Below are positions 1-5,799 of a DNA stretch of 33,294 nt, one piece after another. The DNA is taken from contig CAYOOH010000001.1 of assembly GCA_964405545.1 (NCBI GenBank), positions 1-33,294 of the forward strand, given 5' to 3'. A model generated the notes under the pieces. The model did no database searches and was not told the DNA's origin. It saw only the letters and a list, made by a program, of their open reading frames with translations. Position numbers and translations under genes: made by a program. This stretch comes from an uncultured Candidatus Saccharimonadales bacterium (lineage in GTDB: Bacteria > Patescibacteriota > Saccharimonadia > UBA4664). Within the stretch, counting starts at the first letter, position 1. The number at the start of each line of letters is the position of its first letter.

Positions 1-220
1 GGCTCCAAAGTGCAAATGTAAGAAGTAGGCGTTTTGCTCTGGCTCGGAACACTGGATCAGCTCGGAAGCCTTGTTCGCAAGCTGTAACAGGTAGGAAGCC
101 AGCCCTTCGGCGCGTTGCTAACCACAAACGGGTCAGGTAGATGACCTTCTTTTGAGCTTCGGCAGCGCAAACCTGGTCGTAAAAAGCAGTCCCTGTATCG
201 CCGAACGTAGCTTTGGTCAT
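1..220 (-). CDS. partial hypothetical ORF running off the left edge
   Basis: Complement ATG at 220, open to position 1 (MTKATFGDTGTAFYDQVCAAEAQKKVIYLTRLW...). No SD and no recognisable motif. The second half is Arg-rich and looks poor. Confidence 0.2.
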   Translation of the reverse strand, partial: MTKATFGDTGTAFYDQVCAAEAQKKVIYLTRLWLATRRRAGFLPVTACEQGFRADPVFRARAKRLLLTFALWS

Positions 221-377
221 TTATCATTAGCACGCCAAATTCTTGCTTGCGGCATTTGGGGCATTGGATGTATGGCCCGCTTATAACATGCGAGGGTCGA
301 TTCGTATTACTTTCTCTTTGCCTTCCATGAGCTAATTATAAAGCCGCTTGATATGATGGGAGCGGAAGGATGAAGTA

Positions 378-662
378 ATGACAGAGCCACAAATTATGAA
401 GAAGGGTGTGCGAGCCATAACCAACGGGCATGTTATCCAGCTCGGCCCGCTGGAGCGGGAAAAAGATCTTGAGCATGAGCTGATCCATGTAGAGCAAGCG
501 GAACGGGAGCCCTTTATTCACCCACTGCTGTACCTTGTAGAATCTCGCAAGCACGGATACCGTCAAAACAAATACGAGGACGAGGCCTACACAAGGGCGA
601 GTAACGAATATAAGAGCACCAAGCCTACTAAAGCCTTTATTCCGCCTGTTCGCGAAGAATAG
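378..662 (+). CDS. small stand-alone DUF4157-like HExxH (putative Zn-metallopeptidase-like) protein, 94 aa
   Basis: GGAAGGA SD about 8 nt upstream of the ATG. The motif RAITNGHVIQLGP...EHELIHVEQ matches the DUF4157 signature (AfTxGxxIxfg ... HELxHVxQ). The 3' end overlaps the convergent STAS-like gene by 26 nt. Confidence 0.6.
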   Translation: MTEPQIMKKGVRAITNGHVIQLGPLEREKDLEHELIHVEQAEREPFIHPLLYLVESRKHGYRQNKYEDEAYTRASNEYKSTKPTKAFIPPVREE

Positions 663-903
663 CTATCGTGGCTTTTACCGACGGGTTGTCGCTTGGCATA
701 TAAGTAACCCGATCGCCATAGATCTCTTCTAGCGCCCTAAAGAATTCATCGGCCCAAGAGGGCGCAAGCGAAATAACGCCACTGAAATCGATTTCTATAT
801 GGGTTTCAGTAGGGCTTAGGGTTGGGCGTATTGCCGCAAAGGCTTCCCTGCCGGCTGGGCGGGAGGTAAGAACGTCTCCGAATTTTTTTAATTCGATTAT
901 CAT
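637..903 (-). CDS. STAS-like DUF4325 domain protein (anti-sigma-antagonist fold), 88 aa
   Basis: The whole length fits the DUF4325 pattern: LTSRPAGREAF...HIEIDFSGVISLAPSWADEFFRAL. The start lies 2 nt after the stop of the upstream GHKL gene, so the two look operonic. Confidence 0.8.
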   Translation of the reverse strand: MIIELKKFGDVLTSRPAGREAFAAIRPTLSPTETHIEIDFSGVISLAPSWADEFFRALEEIYGDRVTYMPSDNPSVKATIAILREQAE

Positions 904-905
904 AA

Positions 906-1637
906 TTAATACTCAATCCTAGCTAATGTACCGCGAATGAAATGGTCTGCGAGCCTTACCTTTAGTTCTTTGGGACCTTCTTTTTCAATTGTGGCGATTG
1001 CTACCCCTGATTGCAAAGCAATCCCTATTGGATTCTGCATTGCTACCGTTCGCACAAACTTTAGGCCGTTTCCTCTTTGCTCAGGAGTTCTGCCTGATAC
1101 AAACTCTGTCATAGCGATGGTTAGTGCCTCGATGTCGTCTTTCATTTCCGGACGCACTCTTAGTAATGTGGTCTTGATCCCCACCCCTCGATCAGCCAGG
1201 ACAACGATGCGCTTATTTAAATCATAACTGAAGAATAGGCCTGGTGTGTCGGGCCAATTCCCTAAGTTATGATCAAATGAATTGTTGCCAATTTCTCCCG
1301 CCACGGCTGTGACTAGTGAGGCCGCCTCAAAGTTCTGAGGACTTTGGTTTATCAAGCTAGCCATTCGGTCCAGTCTAGCCCTAAATCTATCCTGTGTATC
1401 GGAGTAATCCGTAGAAGGGAGGTCAGGCGCTACTTCACTCGCCGCCCATACTTGTGCCAGTCTAAAAAGCTCGGTGTTATAACGTTCGAGCGCATCCCTG
1501 TGATAGTACCGATGTCCACCAGGGCTTTTTAGCGCGGGTAATTTTCCCGACTCGTCCCACCGACGCAAGGTCATTACTGTGACGCCTAGATACTTTGCGG
1601 CTTCACTTATTGGCACTAAGTTGTTGTGTCTGGGCAT
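906..1637 (-). CDS. MerR/excisionase-type HTH fused to an RsbW/SpoIIAB-like GHKL (HATPase_c) ATPase/kinase domain, 243 aa
   Basis: N-terminal HTH: VPISEAAKYLGVTVMTLRRWDESGKLPALKSPGGHRYY. N-box GEIGNNSFDHN, G1 DRGVGI, G2 GNGLKF. Start moved to the ATG at 1637 (MPRHNN...), because the track ORF start at 1685 adds an implausible hydrophobic leader. Confidence 0.8.
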   Translation of the reverse strand: MPRHNNLVPISEAAKYLGVTVMTLRRWDESGKLPALKSPGGHRYYHRDALERYNTELFRLAQVWAASEVAPDLPSTDYSDTQDRFRARLDRMASLINQSPQNFEAASLVTAVAGEIGNNSFDHNLGNWPDTPGLFFSYDLNKRIVVLADRGVGIKTTLLRVRPEMKDDIEALTIAMTEFVSGRTPEQRGNGLKFVRTVAMQNPIGIALQSGVAIATIEKEGPKELKVRLADHFIRGTLARIEY

Positions 1638-1718
1638 GTATAGATTTTGCATCAAAACTATACAAAATGTCAAATATCTATACATTTTTGGGTTTTGAGG
1701 CTGCTTTTGTATAGTTTT
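1638..1718. promoter_or_regulatory. cluster of four AAAA(C/T)CTATAC sites, including a perfect 14-bp inverted repeat; candidate operator array for the MerR-HTH protein
   Basis: AAAACTATACAAAA lies at 1654-1667 (+) and its exact reverse complement at 1705-1718. Related copies sit at 1638-1648 (complement, abutting the start codon) and 1673-1688 (+). A TTGACA on the minus strand lies at 1668-1673. Confidence 0.5.
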
Positions 1719-1754
1719 AAGCGCGGAATTGGTCCATGATCGTAGTGATAAGAT

Positions 1755-1784
1755 GGTTCTAACTTCCGATACGATCCGGAGCCA
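1755..1784 (+). repeat. intergenic motif copy A (GGTTCTAACTT-CCGATACGAT-CCGGAGCCA)
   Basis: 1755-1773 is identical (19/19) to 5014-5032. 1756-1784 matches 2689-2717 at 22/29 positions with no gaps. It contains a small TCCG...CGGA hairpin. Confidence 0.8.
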
Positions 1785-1798
1785 AGGACTTATGCTTA

Positions 1799-1827
1799 AC
1801 GAGGCTTGTTGAGGCCTCGTTTTTGTT
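1799..1827 (+). terminator. rho-independent terminator-like hairpin with no + strand gene upstream
   Basis: ACGAGGC-ttgttgag-GCCTCGT, a 7-bp stem, followed by TTTTGTT. It lies directly after motif copy A. Confidence 0.55.
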
Positions 1828-1842
1828 ACACTCTAGGAATGG

Positions 1843-2034
1843 ATGGTTCTCAGAATAAATAGCCAGGGGTTGGCGGTACAAGAAACAACGAGTTTAGGGT
1901 GGCAAAAAACGTATGCAGAACTTTCGGTTGACGCTGAGCAAGCGACTGAAGGGCCGACTAAAATCGACAAGGGCGGCATCCGCGCGCATGCCCGGAGTAG
2001 AATTGAAACCACTATTACAACATTTCGGATATAA
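1843..2034 (+). CDS. possible small ORF (63 aa) immediately upstream of the HEPN gene
   Basis: AGGA lies 4 nt upstream of the ATG. The stop is 8 nt before the HEPN ATG, which has no SD of its own, so translational coupling is possible. No motif was found, and a 92-aa antisense ORF is also open here. Confidence 0.3.
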   Translation: MVLRINSQGLAVQETTSLGWQKTYAELSVDAEQATEGPTKIDKGGIRAHARSRIETTITTFRI

Positions 2035-2041
2035 TTAGAAT

Positions 2042-2668
2042 ATGACAGGTAGTCAAAGTAAAGACTTAACCAACTACATAGAAAGTGTACGCGAGTGGTA
2101 CCACACGGCACTTACGAGCTTTACTTTATACCAAGGATTAATGATCAAGAAGGCTCCTAATCAAGTCGGCGTGGAAGCGGCACGAAAAAACGTAGGTACT
2201 TGGAATGAGTACAATGGTGTTTTCACGGTTGCACTCAACACAGCAAGGTACTCATCAATCATGAGCCTAGCTGTTTTGTTTATAGACGGGAAAGATAAAG
2301 AAGGAAATCCTTCTATGTCTCTTGCTAATTTACTCGAAGAGGTAGCCGAAAATTATACAGTAGATGGAGTAGAGCTTGAGACCATACGAGAAAAGTTGAG
2401 TAGTAATGAGACAATTGATACCCTAAAGATTCTTCGCAATCAGTACTTGGCACACGCAGATAAGAACCCTGACGAAATCCAGATCAGTGACTCCATGTTC
2501 GAAGGTCTCCTTGCCCTAACGAAACATATTGTGGCTTTCGCAGAGAGGTACATACTTCATTACGATATAGACGATGCCCAGTATAGGCACAATACGACGT
2601 CAGGCAGTAATGTTCAAAATGATGTTTCATTTAGTCTAGATAAACTATTTACCAGACTGCAATCCTGA
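2042..2668 (+). CDS. HEPN-domain protein, AbiU2-like (abortive-infection-type putative RNase), 208 aa
   Basis: C-terminal Rx4-6H HEPN motif in LKILRNQYLAHADKN. The protein is all-helical and of AbiU2-like size. GC is visibly lower than in the flanking genes. Confidence 0.6.
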   Translation: MTGSQSKDLTNYIESVREWYHTALTSFTLYQGLMIKKAPNQVGVEAARKNVGTWNEYNGVFTVALNTARYSSIMSLAVLFIDGKDKEGNPSMSLANLLEEVAENYTVDGVELETIREKLSSNETIDTLKILRNQYLAHADKNPDEIQISDSMFEGLLALTKHIVAFAERYILHYDIDDAQYRHNTTSGSNVQNDVSFSLDKLFTRLQS

Positions 2669-2688
2669 CCAATCCCCCCTTAATTGCA

Positions 2689-2717
2689 GTTCTAACTTTG
2701 TCCGCGACCCGGAGCCA
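2689..2717 (+). repeat. intergenic motif copy B (GTTCTAACTT-TGTCCGCGAC-CCGGAGCCA)
   Basis: It starts 21 nt after the HEPN stop and matches copy A at 22/29 positions in register. It is followed by a weak hairpin plus T-run (AAGCC-13 nt-GGCTT-TTTTT, about 2738-2765). Confidence 0.7.
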
Positions 2718-2806
2718 GTCATTATTTTTACGCAGCAAGCCATCAAAATCGAACGGCTTTTTTTGCTTTGGTTCGGAAAATGCTGGATTAGCTTAAGTAG
2801 TCTTCA

Positions 2807-2835
2807 TTGGAATGTGCAAGAAAAAAGCTTATGCT
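2807..2835 (+). promoter_or_regulatory. sigma70-like promoter for the ABC exporter operon
   Basis: TTGGAA-N17-TATGCT. The CTTATGCTTA string at 2828-2837 also occurs in copy A (1789-1798). Confidence 0.45.
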
Positions 2836-2856
2836 TAGAAAAATTATGAGAGTGTC

Positions 2857-3543
2857 ATGCAAACAGCAGTTGAATTAAAAAACGTGACCCGTATATATAA
2901 ACTGGGCGATGAGGTCTTAAAGGCCCTAGATAGTGTGACATTGACGATTGCGCCGGGCGAGTTTGTAGCGATTACCGGTCCAAGCGGGTCAGGCAAATCA
3001 ACGCTAGCCAATATTATCGGCGGCTTGGACGAGCCGGACGGCGGCAGCGTGACAGTGGCGGGCATGGAGCTAGCCAAGGCGCGCGACAAAGAGCTGTCGA
3101 GCTATCGCAACCACACGATAGGATTTGTGTTTCAGAGCTTTAACTTGCAGGCCACGGCCACAGCGCTGGAGAATGTGATGCTGCCGCTTACCCTTGGTCG
3201 CATGCACAAAAAGGAACGGGTAGCGCGGGCAGAGGAGTGTTTGAAGGCAGTAGGCCTGGGCGACCGTCTGCGGCATAAGCCCACGGAGCTCTCGGGCGGG
3301 CAGCGGCAGCGGGTGGCAATAGCGCGGGCGCTCGCTAATAAGCCCAGCATTATTATTGCCGACGAGCCCACGGGCAACCTAGACAGCGAGCGAGGCAAGG
3401 AGATTATGGCAGTGTTGCGTGACCTGAACCAATCGGGGATTACGCTCATTATTATTACTCACGATGTGGAGGTGGCGAAGATGGCCGGGCGGACGCTATT
3501 TATTAAGGACGGCCATGTGACCGAGAGCGGGAGGGGCAAATAA
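2857..3543 (+). CDS. ABC transporter ATP-binding protein, MacB/LolD/FtsE-like subfamily
   Basis: Walker [10 protein letters not shown], signature [15 protein letters not shown], Walker [14 protein letters not shown]-loop ITHD. Confidence 0.95.
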   Translation: MQTAVELKNVTRIYKLGDEVLKALDSVTLTIAPGEFVAITGPSGSGKSTLANIIGGLDEPDGGSVTVAGMELAKARDKELSSYRNHTIGFVFQSFNLQATATALENVMLPLTLGRMHKKERVARAEECLKAVGLGDRLRHKPTELSGGQRQRVAIARALANKPSIIIADEPTGNLDSERGKEIMAVLRDLNQSGITLIIITHDVEVAKMAGRTLFIKDGHVTESGRGK

Positions 3544-4979
3544 TGCGCAGCATTGATCTAGTGACCACGGCACTGCGGAACCTGCGGCGGCAAAAGCTGC
3601 GGTCGGCGCTGACAATTTTTGCGGTGGTGATTGGGGCTACGAGCGTGACAATCATGCTAGCTTTGGTGACTGGAGTGAAGGGTTTCTTTGTGAACCAGTT
3701 TTCGGCCAATGGCACGCTACAGCAAATTGCTATTTCGTCGCAAACGGACTTGTCGAAGTTTGACGACGGGAATAATGGCGGCAATAACTGCGATAGCTGC
3801 GTCAAGCTAACGGATGAGCTGTGGGGTAAGATCGGGAAGATTCCGCATATAACCGGCGCGGCCCGGCGACTGAGTGGCGGGTCATTTGAGGCCATTACCT
3901 ATAACGGCCAGAAACTGCGGCTGAATCAGGTGGAGGGCTATGACGCCAATGGGGTGGTAACGAACACGATGCTAGCTGGCCGTGATATCCGAGATACCGA
4001 CCTTCAGGGCGTGGTGACGGTGACGTCAGACTATGCCGATAAATGGGGTTTTAAGGGCCGCTATGGGGACCTGGTGGGTAAGTCTGTGAATCTGACATCG
4101 CGGACGTGGTACCAGGGCGTGGGCTATACGCCGGAGCCGCCTCAGATGGGGTCAAATGGTGGTGGCGATAACCGCCCAGAGCAAAAGGCGACCATCCTAG
4201 AGGCAGAGATAGTGGGCGTGGTGGACGGCGGTGATCGTGGCGAAACGGTGCGCGCTCCCCTGCCCTGGGTTATTGGTATGAACTCACAGCAGATGTACCA
4301 AGAAACCGAGGCCGATCGTAAGGCGCGCGAGGACGCCCAGCGGGCCTGCCAGAATCGGCCGGGGGTGTCGTGCCAGGGCGTGCCGCCGCACTTTACGCTG
4401 GTGGTGACAAACTTTGTGACGCAAAACGGCTATAGCGCTTTTACGGCCAAGGTGGATGACCCGGCCAACGCGGCGGCGGCCACGGCGGAGATTAAGAAGC
4501 TGGGAGTAGGAGCGGCCGATGCCCAGAGCCTGATTAAAGCCCAACTGCAGATTTTCAACATTATTAGCTATGTGTTGGGCGGCATTGGCGGAATCGCGCT
4601 GGCGGTGGCGGCCATTGGAGTAATAAACACTATGGTAATGGCCATTTTGGAGCGCACGCGCGAGATCGGCGTAATGCGGGCCTGCGGCGCCACCCGGGTA
4701 ACCATCCGACGGCTGTTTACTATAGAGGCCGGAATGCTGGGCTTTTGGGGTGGCGTGTTTGGCGTGGCGGTGGGCTATGGGCTGACGTTTGTGGCCAATA
4801 TTCTGATTAATCGGCAGCTGTCTTCGGGAGGAGTGCAGGCACATAACATTATTGGTCTGCCGCTCTGGCTGATAGTGGCGGTCATTGGCACTACCACGCT
4901 TATTGGCATGCTCAGTGGTCTGTACCCGGCCTTCCGGGCGGCACGGCTGAACCCCGTGGAAGCACTGCGCTACGAATAG
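3543..4979 (+). CDS. ABC transporter permease, MacB_PCD + FtsX family
   Basis: The ATG overlaps the stop of the ATPase gene (TAATG). The protein has an N-terminal TM segment, a large extracytoplasmic domain and a C-terminal FtsX-type 3-TM bundle (REIGVMRACGATR...LNPVEALRYE). Confidence 0.9.
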   Translation: MRSIDLVTTALRNLRRQKLRSALTIFAVVIGATSVTIMLALVTGVKGFFVNQFSANGTLQQIAISSQTDLSKFDDGNNGGNNCDSCVKLTDELWGKIGKIPHITGAARRLSGGSFEAITYNGQKLRLNQVEGYDANGVVTNTMLAGRDIRDTDLQGVVTVTSDYADKWGFKGRYGDLVGKSVNLTSRTWYQGVGYTPEPPQMGSNGGGDNRPEQKATILEAEIVGVVDGGDRGETVRAPLPWVIGMNSQQMYQETEADRKAREDAQRACQNRPGVSCQGVPPHFTLVVTNFVTQNGYSAFTAKVDDPANAAAATAEIKKLGVGAADAQSLIKAQLQIFNIISYVLGGIGGIALAVAAIGVINTMVMAILERTREIGVMRACGATRVTIRRLFTIEAGMLGFWGGVFGVAVGYGLTFVANILINRQLSSGGVQAHNIIGLPLWLIVAVIGTTTLIGMLSGLYPAFRAARLNPVEALRYE

Positions 4980-4986
4980 CTTTTGG

Positions 4987-5010
4987 GCGGGGTGCGAGAT
5001 GCGGGGTGCG
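4987..5010 (+). repeat. G-rich direct repeat (GCGGGGTGCG x2) / potential G-quadruplex tract
   Basis: GCGGGGTGCG occurs at 4987-4996 and 5001-5010. Together with flanking Gs this gives GGG-C-GGGG-N10-GGGG-TGC-GGG (4985-5012). Confidence 0.5.
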
Positions 5011-5013
5011 GGC

Positions 5014-5032
5014 GGTTCTAACTTCCGATACG
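5014..5032 (+). repeat. intergenic motif copy C (GGTTCTAACTTCCGATACG)
   Basis: Perfect 19-nt direct repeat of 1755-1773, starting 35 nt after the permease stop. Confidence 0.8.
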
Positions 5033-5183
5033 GGACTAAGCTAGGAATTGATCTGCTAAAGCCTTTGGGTGGCCAGCCGCGATGAGATTTTCGCCAGTGG
5101 CGGGATGACCAGATGGTTATTTCTGAAATATACTGGATTAATTTTATTTTTGTGGTATTATTGCCCTGAATTACCGAACTCCT

Positions 5184-5597
5184 TTGAGAAAGGAAATTCT
5201 GGTAGCAGAGATCATCTTCCCTTACCGCCCAAATTCTGACCGGGTTAGTGTGGGCGGGCAGCTTTGCTTGGTGCGGCGGGGACGGTTTGCTATGCACCAT
5301 GAGTTCAGGGTTACGCCCGTTATTTACGCCGGCCGAACCGCGCTGGAATGGCAAGTGAGCTTCATGGTGGAGATACTGACCCTTCCAGATGGAAGGACCG
5401 GTAAAGGTCTGGGTCGGTCTCGTATTACCTTGGCGACTATCAAAGCGGTGGTAGAGGTTTTCATCAACCTGGAACTCTATTTGACGCACGGGAGCCCTGT
5501 TGACCTGATCTTCAATCGACCCGATGAGCCGGACCTTCTGGCTCTGGGTAACCCCGATAATGGTTTGGCGGTGGCATTCCGCGACCACCAGCGGTAG
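5184..5597 (+). CDS. hypothetical protein (137 aa from TTG 5184; 101 aa if it starts at ATG 5292)
   Basis: The frame is open with G-rich first codon positions (RNY-like periodicity). An extended -10 (TGgTATTAT, 5153-5161) lies upstream. No family was recognised and the start is uncertain. The aligned antisense frame is also open but would overlap the permease gene by 0.7 kb. Confidence 0.45.
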   Translation: MRKEILVAEIIFPYRPNSDRVSVGGQLCLVRRGRFAMHHEFRVTPVIYAGRTALEWQVSFMVEILTLPDGRTGKGLGRSRITLATIKAVVEVFINLELYLTHGSPVDLIFNRPDEPDLLALGNPDNGLAVAFRDHQR

Positions 5598-5647
5598 TGA
5601 TGTGCTTTTGCGTACGCCTCAACGGTCACCGTTGGAGCAGCCGGTAC

Positions 5648-5716
5648 GATAACCCGGCGCAGTAACTAGATGTATAGCTAGTCTGATGAGTCTAAAAAGA
5701 CGAAACTGCAGGGATC
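5648..5716 (+). ncRNA. type III hammerhead self-cleaving ribozyme (predicted cleavage between A5664 and A5665)
   Basis: GCAGUA|ACUAG-AUGUAUAG-CUAGU-CUGAUGA-GUC-UAAAAA-GAC-GAAA-CUGC. All core residues are present: C3-A9 at 5683-5689, G12-A14 at 5702-5704, the A15.1-U16.1 pair and the GUA cleavage triplet. Stem I has 5 bp closed by an 8-nt loop. Stem II has 3 bp starting with G10.1-C11.1 and a 6-nt loop. Stem III is open, with 5 bp, and can be extended by CCC/GGG and GAU/AUC pairs. Confidence 0.85.
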
Positions 5717-5799
5717 ACGGAGACCAGACTTACGTCATATCGGATCCTGGAGCCCAAGATAATGCCCAAGCATAGTAGCCAGGGCAGCTCGGCTGGAGG

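Noticed and set aside
336-566. 76-aa minus-strand ORF overlapping the DUF4157-like gene
   Set aside because: It has no SD and no motif, and it is fully antisense to an ORF that has both a good SD and a recognisable HExxH domain signature.
1755-1830. Motif copy A as an integron attC site (TCTAAC resembles the RYYYAAC inverse core) or as another small ribozyme (twister, pistol or hatchet)
   Set aside because: No complementary GTTAGA-type R' core lies downstream, and no integron integrase or any recombinase is in the window. I could not fit the conserved nucleotides or pseudoknots of twister or pistol. I do not remember the hatchet consensus well enough to test it. A covariance-model scan would be needed.
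4284-5588. 434-aa minus-strand ORF spanning the permease 3' half and the downstream region
   Set aside because: It runs antisense to a well-supported FtsX permease gene for 0.7 kb, is rich in R/H/Q/P and has no motif. This is the typical codon-aligned shadow frame of a GC-rich gene. Its persistence through 4980-5588 is better explained by the + strand ORF 5184-5597 being in the same frame as the permease.
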